Origin: Octopus sinensis
Taxonomy: Eukaryota
Length of the DNA: 64,000 nucleotides
Reading direction: 5' to 3'
Assembly (NCBI RefSeq): GCF_006345805.1
Contig: NC_043000.1
Span: 135,098,001-135,162,000 of the forward strand
In this document: positions 52,146 through 63,769 of the stretch, in pieces
How positions within the stretch are numbered: position 1 is the stretch's first letter
How the letters are laid out: the number at the start of each line of letters is the position of its first letter
Translations under genes and position numbers: made by a program
Notes under the pieces: model-generated
Told to the model about the DNA's origin: nothing
Databases searched by the model: none
The model's input: the letters and a program-made list of their open reading frames with translations, nothing else

Positions 52146-53250
52146 TATTGTAGTTTGATTTAATTACCAATACGGCCAGATAAGATCTGAGTTAATTAAA
52201 ACAATGACAGAACACCAGTTGTTATAGAGATTCTGCTAAATATAAAATATAAATAAATACGTACATAAATAAGTAAATTTAAGTAGCCTACACATCTTCA
52301 AATGCTTTTAATAGTTTTTTTTTTTTCAATTTCTATACGGGCATTGTTTTTTCATTGAGTTTTTCTTATCTACACTTGATCGTTGGAGAATGTTTTTTTG
52401 GGTTTTTTTTTAACTTTATAAAGCCATAAAGCCAATTATTATCCAAAAGAGTAAAAGATTTTCGTTTAGACAAATAAAGATATAATTACATGCACTTGTG
52501 TTAAATAAGTACGAAGCGAGACCTGTAAGTAATATTAGTGTGGCCAGGGGCCACGAGTTTGAGATTTCTTTAGATTATTTTTCTCCCTTTTTTTTTTAAC
52601 ACTATATTTGATCTGCTTTCTGTTTTAGTGACTGAACACAGACTGAATATATTATAATTCCATTTACACCCAAGAATGCTTCATAGAAATAGTTAACCGC
52701 TTCAGTGTTTAATTGTATTTTATTTTATCGAACCCGGAGGGATAAAAGACGAAGTTGAGCTCAGAAGGAAACTACATTGATTTCAAATTTTGGGACAAGG
52801 TCGGTTATATCTACAGATATTGAGGCACAGGCAAGGATCTCTATGGTTAAGACGCGATCGTGAATTCAACATCCTATCAACTAGGACATGTACCTTCATG
52901 CACGTGCACTCATACACACACATATACATACATACACACACAAACACACACACACACACACACACATATATATGTTATATATATATATATGTTATAAGGA
53001 TTTGCATTGGGACTCCTTTCATCGAAAACCGGTGATTGTCGTACGCCGACGACAGGTCAATACCTAGAAACTGCAGTCCGTGCGTATCACTTTGGTTGAC
53101 GAGGTAGGGATGACCTCCCTTTGCAAATACCATAAGTGCACAGGATGTGTGCCTAAAGCAAGCTGGAGACGATGTTCTCCTGGGGCTACAAGCTACAGTA
53201 ACACCCCCCTTAGTGGTTAGCCATATTGAGATGGCTAGTATACCTCACAT

Positions 53251-53284
<34 letters not shown>

Positions 53285-53336
53285 ATATATAATATATATA
53301 TATATATCTATATATATATATATAATATATATATAT

Positions 53337-53571
53337 AAATGAAAGAATGGCGTTGAACGACGATTTAACAAAATTCCTTTATTCTCGACATATGTTTCGA
53401 AGGCTGCATATTCCTAATTTCGAAGGAATAAAGGTTGCATTGTTTTTCCTGGTGAGAAGGCGGCATAATGCACCCCTTATTCCTTCGAAATTAAGAATAT
53501 GCAGCCTTCGAAACATATGTCGAGAATAAAGGAATTTTGTTAAATCGTCGTTCAACTCCATTCTTTCATTT
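53337..53571 (+). mobile_element. Fold-back element (~105-bp arms) whose right half is a degenerate hammerhead
   Basis: Arms 53337-53441 and 53467-53571. Motif tttttc-CTGGTGA-gaaggcggcata...tatgcagccttc-GAAAC-atat-GTC-gagaat spans 53443-53527. Confidence 0.75.
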
Positions 53572-53730
53572 ATTTGTATTAAAAAAACACACAAATATCC
53601 ACACGAAAGCACGTGATCTCTGCCCTTAGCATGTAGCTTCAACCGTGTTTTTCTGACGTGAATTTGCTACCCAGGTACCGGTTAACCGAATTTTCCATAC
53701 TAAGATAATTCATTCAACTACTTAAATATT

Positions 53731-53785
<55 letters not shown>

Positions 53786-54589
53786 ATAAAATGGGACAAC
53801 AAAACATCCAGATAGACGATACAAAGAAAACAAGGACGGGTCATTCAAAGTTTTCTTTCCTCAGTGATGTACCAGCGGTGCTCCAGCGAAATGACTGAAA
53901 CAAGTAAAAGAATAAAAGAATATTTATATAGAAACATTGTTGTTCTTAAATCTCTCAACGAGAGATATTCAGTAGCAGCACTTTAAAGTGGCGATTTTTT
54001 AACAACCTAATGTGGCAGTCCCATTTTTGGGGCGAAAGCTGCTGTTGTTTAGCCCCAGAAGATATCGTCTCCAGCAGGCTATACGTTTCTATAAAGTTAA
54101 TCCGAACAAGAAAACACAGAAAAACACAACAACGCGAGGACGTGGAACAAATATAGTATTATTGGACGCTCAGGAGAGAAGGGAAGAAGGAGGGTTTAAC
54201 GTTTCGAGCGGAGCTCTTCGTTGGAAACATAGGAAAGATCCCGAGAAGGGAAGACAGAGGAAAAAAATCGCCAACTTTACACACGAGGTCACAATGTATA
54301 AATTGTGTGTGTATGTGTGTTGTCTCTCAGACTCCATGATTTCGCGGTCTCGCAAGAGACCGATGGAATTACTCATTTACTCTTTTACTTGTTTTAGTCA
54401 TTTGACTGTGGCCATGCTGGAACATCGCCTTTAGTCGAGCGTATCGACCCCAAGACTTATTCTTTGTAAGCCTAGTACTTATTCTATCGTCTCTTTTGTT
54501 GAACCGCTAAGTTACGGGGACGTAAGCACACCAGATGCGGGGACAAACACAGACGCACAAACATACACACACACATATATATATATTTA

Positions 54590-55690
54590 TATAGGTAAAC
54601 AGTAAAAATAATTACAGACATGGACAGAGAACATGAAACACCACAGAGACGACACAAGAACCACAGGAGGGACATTCGAAGCCCTCAGTCATCAGTCAAA
54701 CCAGATCATCTTAGCATTTCGGCTGATTAATCTTGAGATTGCTCCGATATGGCCAGCCCGCCAAGGGAAATCTAAGCCAAGCGCATTAGATCCCCTGGAA
54801 GAAATCTCGAATGTATACAACGAAGGACGGAAAACGAACGAAGTAACACAAACAAAAATACAGAATACGTGACACCAATAAGAATACAAAAACGTAAAAA
54901 CAATAACGTAAAAAATAAAAATAACACAAAACAAAACCAGGACGTAGGACAAGGGTCTTTCGACAGGACGAGTTGAGTGGGGCTGGCTTGTAAGTTGTGC
55001 CTAATGCCACGGGGAGACGAACAAATACGTGTTGCTTCTGCGGCTGCTGAAAACGAAAAGCGCTCAACAGCGGCTAGCGGTCACGTGAGAACAAAAGACA
55101 GGAGAAAGGGACAGATGAAAAGAGGAGAGAAGGTGGACGAGGGAGGAGAAGAAAAGACAGATCGAGGGGCTGGAGGTGAGAGAGATAGAGAAACGTAGAA
55201 GGGGGGAGACGGATGGAGAGGGAAAGAAAGGAAGGGGAATAGGGAGGAGAGAGAGAGAGAAAGAGACAGATAAGAGTCGTATCAATGCTAGAGAAAAATA
55301 TCTTATCGTAAAGGACAATTGTGGATACGTAGCCGCCGATTATATAGGTAAACAGTAAAAATAATTACAGACATGGACAGAACATGAAACACCACAGAGA
55401 CGACACAAGAACCACAGGACGGACATTCGAAGCCTCAGTCATCAGTCAAGAACCAGATCATCTTAGCAATTTCGGCTGATTAATCTTGAGATTGCTCCGA
55501 TATGGCCAGCCCGCCAAGGGAAATCTAAGCCAAGCGTATTAGATCCCCTGGAAGAAAGCTTCGAATTATACAACGAAAGGACGGAAAACGAACGAATACA
55601 CAAACAAAAATACAGAATACGTGACCCAATAAGAATACAAAAACGTAAAAACAATAACGGTAAAAATAAAAATAAACAACAAAACAAAAC
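54590..55690 (-). mobile_element. Direct-repeat-flanked element, possibly Penelope-derived
   Basis: ~340-bp direct repeats (54590-54930, 55345-55690). Between them lie ALGTTYKPAPLNS (cf. PLE GIY-YIG end 'LGT..P.GLN') and a purine-rich tract. Confidence 0.4.
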
Positions 55691-56635
55691 GTATATACAT
55701 ATATATACGACGGGCTTCTTTCAGTTTCCGTCTACCAAATCCACTCACAAGACTTTGGTCAGCCCGAGGCTATAACAGAAGACACTTGCCCAAGGTGCCA
55801 CGCAGTGGGACTGAACCCAGAACCATGTGGCTGGTAAGTAAGCTACTTACCACACAGCCACTCCTGCATATATGTACAAGGGTCGATTCGTTCGACTAAA
55901 ATTCTTGAAGAGACACTCCAGCTTGGCCGCACTGTAATGACTGAAACAAGTAAAATATAAAAGAGAAAATTGTTATTGAAACCATTCTACGAAGGTCTCG
56001 AAACAGTCGCTCGCCCAGTCAAAGAGAGAGAGAGAGAGTCTAATTCCTTTCAACTCGCACCCTGCCGTCTTGGAGAAATACATTAACCGATACACGTGAT
56101 ATACAAAAGAAAAAAGGAATGGTCGTGGCTGGAACAGCTTTAATCATAGATTTATACATCAAGTTTGACCAGAAGCTAAATGTACCAACAAGCAAATAAA
56201 CAAAAGAATAAGTAAATAGATAAATAGATAAATAAATAAAGTTGTTTATGTCCTGTTCATTGTATTTAATGGTCGACTCGGCAGCAGTGCCGGAAATGAA
56301 TAGAATTGTATATTTAGGTGTGACAGAATGCTGACCACCAACAAGCATACATTTTTTTATTCTTCTCAACCCAACCAACCCCACTTTCACTCACTCGATC
56401 CCTCATCCCTTCTCTCTTTTTCTTTCCTCTCTCTCTCTCTCTCATTAGTGAGTACTGCCGCCTGATTTTTTCAAATTCTAAGAATTCTTCTTAATGATCT
56501 GTCGCCAAAACATCCTGAATAATTTTAATCCTAAAACTCCAAAAAAAAAAAAAAAAAAAATTGAAAGGTTATTCGAACGAAAAACTAAAAATAGGATGAG
56601 CAAAGAAATACCATCAGCAGCAGCAACAGCATCAG

Positions 56636-56696
<61 letters not shown>

Positions 56697-57224
56697 GTCG
56701 TCGTCGTCGTCATCATCATCATCATCATCATCATAGGAGAAATAAATTACAAATTACTTTAATTTTCGGTTGTTATTTATAAACTTTATTTGCTATTACA
56801 CTACGGGGGTAAAAAATAGAAATTCATAACCTAAAATTTCTACTCATTTTGTTATTTTCTCCAAATAAGTTCTGGGAAATATAGATTCCAGCCAATCATT
56901 TATGTATCACTAGCTACTGTTTCCCCGAAATGAAAAGCTGCATAATAAGGGTCAAAACTTGAGTTTCATATGTTCATAGTTAATTAGTGGAGGTTAGTAA
57001 TGCCTCGTGTTCCAGGACTCATCTGGCCAGTTACTCAGTTTCCATGACGTATAAGTGACCACAATCTCAACACTTCCCTTGAACGGGACGCCAGTCCGTT
57101 GTAGTGTGACTCATTAAAAGCTTAGTGGATTGAAGCAACGTGAAATGAAGTGTTTTGCTCAAGAACACAATTCACCTCCTGGTTGGAGAATAACTACGAT
57201 CTTGCGACCATGAGTGCAACACTC

Positions 57225-57825
57225 AGTTTTAGACGCAGCAAATGATTTTAGCTCAGTAGAGGCCATTGATTGGTTAAAATTCGAAACATTAAACTACGTT
57301 AAACTTACAAATTACAATTTTCTCAAGAAAGCCAAGAGAAAAAAAATGTTTTATTTTGACACTGGTAAGTAGCTTGCTAACCAACCACATGGTTCCGGGT
57401 TCAGTCCCACTGCGTGGCACCTTGGGCAAGTGTCTTCTGCTATGGCCCCGGGCCGACCAATGCCTTGTGAGTGGATTTGGTAGACGGAAACTGAAAGAAG
57501 CCTGTCGTATATATGTATATATATATATGTGTGTGTGTGTGTTTGTGTGTCTGTGTTTGTCCCCCTAGCATTGCTTGACAACCGATGCTGGTGTGTTTAC
57601 GTCCCCCGTCATTAGCGGTTCGGCAAAAGAGACCGATAGAATAAGTACTGGGCTTACAAAGAATAAGTCCCGGGGTCGATTTGCTCGACTAAAGGCGGTG
57701 CTCCAGCATGGCCGCAGTCAAATGACTGAAACAAGTAAAAGAGTATTCTACCAGTATACGAAGTTTAAAAGTGTTTAGTTAACTAGAAATTGTATTGAAA
57801 ACTGCCGTTCAAAAGGAAAAGATCC
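57225..57825. mobile_element. One-armed GGATCTTTTC-family MITE inside a SINE D head, itself interrupted by SINE A (57362-57745)
   Basis: Only the right arm and right TIR (...ggaaaagatcc) are present, yet caacactc flanks both sides (57217-57224, 57826-57833). Confidence 0.7.
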
Positions 57826-58008
57826 CAACACTCTAACCACTAAGCCATGAGTTGTTATGGCTTTAGATAGAATGCTTTGTGGCATTTGTTGCGACGCTCT
57901 GCGTTTTGAGTTCAAATAATGCTTGATTGACAAAATCGTTAGTGTCGGTATTTTCAAATGATAAATCAAATAAACATTATTGATATATATACAAGTTTAT
58001 ATATACAA

Positions 58009-58404
58009 GGCGCAGGAGCGGCTGTGTGGTAAGTAGATTGCTAACCAGCCACATGGTTGCATGTTCAGTCCCACTGCGTGGCATCTTGAGCACGTGTGTC
58101 TTCTGCTATAGCCCCGGGCCGACCAATGCCTTGTGTGTGGATTTGGTAGACGGAAACTGAAAGAAGCCTGTCGTATATATGTATATACATATATGTATGT
58201 GTGTGTGTCTGTGTTTGTTCCCCTAGCATTGCTTGACAACCGATGCTGGTGTGTTTACGTCCCCGTCACTTAGCGTTTCGGCAAAAAGAGACCGATAGAA
58301 TAAGTACTGGGCTTACAAAAAGAATAAGTCCCGGGGTCGAGTTGCTTGACTAAAGGCGGTGCTCCAGCATGGCCGCAGTCAAATGACTGAAACAAGTAAA
58401 AGAG
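58009..58404 (+). mobile_element. SINE family A
   Basis: Canonical head, microsatellite and tail. Confidence 0.92.
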
Positions 58405-59454
58405 CTTACTATTGATAAGTCAAGGTCGTTGGCACCTCTCACTTACATTAGTGGCATAGATATTGTTTATTTGTTTTTTTTTTTGTTTTTGTTTTTCTTG
58501 CAATATTTTGCCATAGAATTGAAATGAACATCTGAAGAAGAATTAACTGAATGAATTAATTTGTATGTTTCATAAGCAAATTCAAAACAGTTTTCAGTGA
58601 TGTCTTGGTACAATTATATATTATATAATATGTCAAAAACTTCTTCCCCTAAACCAGTCTAGCTATTAAATTATACATAATTCTAAGCTCTTACGTATCG
58701 TTTGAGCTGCAAGATATTGCAGACAAATCTCGAACGACCACCATTACAAATACAACTCAAATATTGGTGTATTTGTCAGATATTCGTAGGAATACAATAT
58801 ACAGAGAGACAGACTGTTTTGTCGGCCATTTGGCAGACGTACTAGTTAATATTTTTCTGAGAGTACGCCAATTTTAAGGACATAGGCACACAAAGGAAAA
58901 CCAATGCTGGTGCATCTAATTACTGTGCGAAATGGCAGGATTTCAAGTTAAATCTCAATCTAAAAGCAATGTATATATTAATTCATTAGTTACAGGATTC
59001 ATGGGGAAGCTTTTTATGGTTTAAACATTTCATCAGAATAAGTGTGGTAATACAACATAGAGTTAAAACTATTAACTTCATTAAAAGTCACGCATTGAAT
59101 AACTGCTTGAATGTAGATTCATATTAGGATAAGCGATGCGATTTCAGCAAAATATTATTGTATGTTGAAGAACGGTGTTTGTCAAAGAAACAATTTTTGA
59201 GAGACGCTTTATACTTAGTGCTTGTTTTTAAGTGAAAACGACTCTTTTGTGATGAGAATTGGTATTAGTTCGAGTCTCTTCAAGAGGGGAAGACAAACAT
59301 TCTCAATAAAACTGAAGCATTCAAGAATAAAATATACGTAATGCAAACATTCGGTATAGAATGACAGTTTTGAAATGTATTACCATAGTGATTTATCTGT
59401 GAAAAAAAATTGACTTTTAATTCTACTATGCAAATGATACATAATCAAACATAA

Positions 59455-59616
59455 TGAGGAATTATGCCCATTATTTACATTATTTACATTTGACGGATAT
59501 TTGTCCTCATCTTGTTTGTTGTTAACACAAGGTTTTGGCTGATATACCCTCCAGCCTTCATCAGGTGTCTTGAGGAAATTTCGAACCTGGGTTCTCATTC
59601 CTAAGGTATTTTTCTA

Positions 59617-59653
<37 letters not shown>

Positions 59654-60207
59654 GAGTGAGCGAGCAGAGCATGCCATCGAAGTGACACTGGGGTAAAATA
59701 TACGAAGCCCAGTATACCCATCATGACTACCCGTCTGATAAGGGTACACCAGGTACATGCATCACAACCATATGTGCGCGACATGGTGATCTCATATCAA
59801 GATAAACAGCACCTGACCTTGCAGGTGGAGCCCAGTTAGAATTTTCTTCAGATCGAGTAACCCATCCCGCTCAAAAGGTCCCTGAATAAGGCTTGTTTAA
59901 GGATGTTGAACGAAACACCCATGTTTCCAGAGGTGAATTATTCAAACCCCAAAGAATCCTTCTCAACACATGGCTATGATGCTCCCCCACTACTTCTGCT
60001 CGTGATCAGAGATGCACATATCGTCAGCCACTAAGGGACATGGTCAACTGGTTAAGGTCAAACAACTGACAAGCAAATCTGTGGTATTGAGCAGAATATT
60101 TGCTGTAGCCCATCTTTTATACCAAGACAAAACAATGTACATGATAACACTTCCAATCAGTTAAGATCAGAAGCCATGAGAGCCACTGCCTGGTACTGCA
60201 TCAGGGC

Positions 60208-60278
<71 letters not shown>

Positions 60279-60350
60279 TCACAGCCTGGAATCGAACTCG
60301 GAATCTTCGGGTTTAGTAGCCCGCGCTCTTAACCACTACGCCATATGCCC
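59455..60350 (-). mobile_element. tRNA-headed SINE with an (AAT)n linker and hammerhead-containing tail; element E (59653-60209) nested in the linker
   Basis: tRNA-like head 60350-60275 with A box tggcgtagtgg, B box gagttcgattcc and 6/7 acceptor-stem pairs. Tail 59622-59455 contains GACAC-CUGAUGA-A-GGCUG...CAGCC-aAAACc-UU-GUGUU. Confidence 0.75.
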
Positions 60351-60426
60351 ACGGGCATATGGCGTAGTGGTTAATAACATCGAAAAATACCTTAGGAATG
60401 AGAACTCAGGTTCGAAATTTCCACAA

Positions 60427-60472
60427 GACATCTGATGAAGGCTGGAGGGTATATCAGCCGAAACGTTGTGCT
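60427..60472 (+). ncRNA. Minimal hammerhead ribozyme motif, core intact
   Basis: gacau-CUGAUGA-a-GGCUG-gaggguauau-CAGCC-GAAAC-GUU-gugcu. Stem II is a perfect 5 bp and stem III is the palindrome AACGUU. Stem I is weakened. Confidence 0.7.
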
Positions 60473-60583
60473 AACAACAAACAAGATGAGGACAAATATC
60501 CGTCAAATGTAAATAATGTTTTGTATTAGATATCACCAAACGGAATCAATGGAACAAGGAAAGTTTATTATTATTATTATTAC

Positions 60584-60682
<99 letters not shown>

Positions 60683-62477
60683 CATCATCAGTATTATCAT
60701 TATTATTACTTTATGAGTTTACATGCAGAGTTGTCTTGTGATTCAAGTCTCGAACTTGAATTTTTCAAGAATTTTCAAGAACAAACATGAACAGTTTTTG
60801 GCTGAATATAAAATTTAGAATTTCCAATAGTATCTAGATTTGCAATGGCAACTCTTCGACTATTTTACTTCAACATATTCATGTGAATCTGCTTTTTCAG
60901 CGCCAGTGACAATGAAGACAAAATACCGCTCAACTGTTATGAATGTAGAAATTCCCTTATGAACATCACTGACAAATGTTAAGCCACAGTTTGATATATT
61001 GTGCCCAAACAAACAAACAAACCCATTCCGCTGAAGATATTCATATAAAATATTTCTTTCTATTAGAAAAAGTTTTGTGTGGTCTTGTTTTATATTTTGT
61101 TAGCTTTTATTACGTATTTTATTATTGAATTTTTCTAACTGAAACTGGGTCGCGAAAAATATTTGTATGAAAATGGGTTGCAAGGAATGAATTTTAAGAA
61201 GCAGTTGGTATAGAGCACACTATTCTTTAAAATATAAGGGGTTGGTCGCACCTGAAAAGATCAACATGGGAACGATATTTTTCATGTGATTTCATAAGAA
61301 TTGTGAGGTTTTGTTAGAAATATTTTTCGCTAGCAAATGAGCTTTCACATAGTGGTTCAGCCTGCTAGAAACAATTCACAAATCGTACCCTCTTAAATAT
61401 ATATTAAATCTTTGATACGCAGTGCACGATAATGGTGTATTAGCTGAGGACGGAATGTTTTTCTTTTATCATTGGCCTACTCAGAAGAACCGACTTGTAG
61501 CTAAGCAACGACAATATTTCCTCATAGGAAATTCCGTAAGAGACTAGTTCCTATCCAGGAGGAATATTACTTCACACGGGCTATATAAAACTGGAAATAA
61601 CAGATTTTCTACATTCCAAATGAATAAATTCAATTACTTGTATACTGTAATAAAATAAATAATGTATCGCCAGAAATTAAGCCTTCAACAATAGAATATG
61701 CGTTCCAAACTGGTTGGTTTCTTTAAAAAAAAACATGGTAAGTACTATATTTATATATTTATTTATATATTTATCTTCACTGACCAGCTAAGTTCTAATA
61801 CGCATTGGTGGATATTTTAACATTATACATTTAATGAGGATTATATTATGAATGAAGAAATGGAAAAAAAACTTTCAATTTTTATTAAAACATCTATTTG
61901 AAGGACTAATTGATAATCCTTTAATATATAAAGCATAAGGTCAGAAACATGATGGGAGGATAGAGTTGATTATATCGCCCAAGTACTTCAATGGAAGAAG
62001 ATGAAGCAAAACTGACCTCGACATGATTTGAATTCAGAACGTAAAGAGTAGAACAAATACGGGTATGTATCTTACTCGGCGTAATAATGAATCTGCCTGT
62101 CCACCCCCACTCCACTCCTCACCAATGTTATTATAATCAAGGTTAATTATAATGACTCAGTGCTTTACTCGTTACAACGAAAGACCCAACCTGCTAGAAA
62201 TTACAGTCAGATCTCTTTCAATCCACATCCTAAAAGAATGCATGATATGAAAGTTGTCTTAGATACCCTTTTAAAAAACTGATTGATCACTGAATGCCTT
62301 CCACTATAACTATGCCCGTTCAGGGCTGACTTAAGTATAAATTAACAAGTGGCACTTATTTATTGTCCCAAGGCGACTGTGTCTTTCATCCTCAATGGAC
62401 CATAAGCACAAAATGTGTGGTTATGCGTCCATTAAAAATCACTGTTTATAAAAGCTGGCAGAATCGGTAAAGGTATT

Positions 62478-62819
62478 GGTACTTTTTGGTTATCTCACCC
62501 CCATTAAAAAATTGCCATTAAAAAATTGGGTTATCTCCCCACTAAAAAGTTGAGTTTATGTGGCGAAAAGAGATTTGATTAAAAAGGTTAAATACTTTTG
62601 ATTCAGTACTTCAACACATTGTTGACTTTTGGCCTCCTCAAAAGGTATGGTATGATTTGTTATAAAAATGTTATTAGATTCAATAAGATATTTTATTTTT
62701 TCAGTTTTCATGTTTATTAATTTTTCATATTTTTTGGTTTTATTGAGGATTAAACAATCTTTTAGTCGGGGGAGATAACGCATTTTTTTTTAATGGGGGT
62801 GAGATATCCAAAAAGTACC
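62478..62819. mobile_element. MITE with GGTAC termini and 8-bp TSD (Merlin-like), inserted in a degraded SINE C
   Basis: TIR ggtactttttggttatctcacccccattaaaaaa / ttttttaatgggggtgagatatccaaaaagtacc. TSD aaggtatt at 62470-62477 and 62820-62827. Confidence 0.85.
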
Positions 62820-63117
62820 AAGGTATTGGACTTAAGGACTCGCAGCATTTTATGTCATGGTTTTTTTACTTTCTAAGTTCAAATACTATCGAGGTCGATT
62901 TTGCCCTTAACAAGAATTTACAACCCATCTCGTACTGAAATCGATATAATCAAGTCCAGTCCAGTTCAGTCTTTCCTTGGACAAGGTCCAAAAGCCATGG
63001 ATTTTGGTACCTTCCTCCACGTGAAATCATTGTAAAAGAATTGTAAAAAGAAGAAATTATGTTGTAAACGAAGACATTTTAAATGAATTCAAATAACAAG
63101 TTTAGTGATGGCACAAG

Positions 63118-63490
63118 TATGAATGGATGTGTGGTTAAGACATTTGCTTCGCAACCACATGACTACGTTCCAATATGCGGTACTTTGAGCAAGTATCTCC
63201 AGCTATGATTCCGGGTCGGCCCATTCCTTGTGAGCGAATTTGGTAGACAGAAACTGTGGAAACACATCGTATAGATAGTATACATTTGTATGTGTGTCTA
63301 AGTGCGCGTGTGTACGCCTTTCTGTTTGTCTTGGTTTGTTTGCGTCCACGTCACTTAGCGGTTCAGTGAAAAGATACCGATAGATCGAGTACAGTTCATA
63401 AAAATAAATACTCGGGTCGATTAGTTTGATTAAACTCTTCAAGGGAGTTCTCCAGCATGGTCGCAGTTTAACGACTGGAGCAAGTGAAAG
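63118..63490 (+). mobile_element. Old, diverged SINE family A-like copy
   Basis: Colinear degraded head, internal TA/TG tract and ctccagcatggtcgcag tail. Confidence 0.7.
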
Positions 63491-63769
63491 AAAACGGTAC
63501 TAAATTTCATTTCCTGAATGATTGTATTATGAAAAGCTTTAATCAATTCTTTGGCATTCTTTCGATATAACTCGACAAAATCAAAGCACTTCACTTCGGG
63601 TATTTCCGTGGAAGCAAATGACAATTCGATTCTGTTTTCTGCTTGGAAATTTGCGGATTTTACATACACACATGAAACAGGTAAGAACAAATATGCAAGG
63701 CTTTTTTTTTTTCTTCAAGTTTAAAATGAGATATTGCTGGCATAATCTCGTTATATCTATACCCCACAA

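Larger units (their letters stand above)
58500..61207 (+). mobile_element. Decayed hAT (Charlie/Buster-type) transposase, split by later insertions
   Basis: ITNTTQILVY, VKTINFIKSHALN and ILLYVEERCLSK (cf. LLLHTEVRWLSR) at 58740-59200. EFPIVSRFAMATL...STYSCESAFSAPVTMKTKYRS...VKPQFDILC (hAT dimerisation domain) at ~60825-61010. The 3' end is followed by gtatagag. Confidence 0.8.

Noticed and set aside
54680-54740. Hammerhead in the direct repeats (minus-strand cagccgaaa ... ctgatga)
   Set aside because: Core elements are in an order and spacing that give no consistent stems I-III.
60275-60350. Functional tRNA gene
   Set aside because: The T stem is poorly paired, the anticodon loop is irregular and it runs into (AAT)n and a repeat tail, so it is better read as a SINE head.
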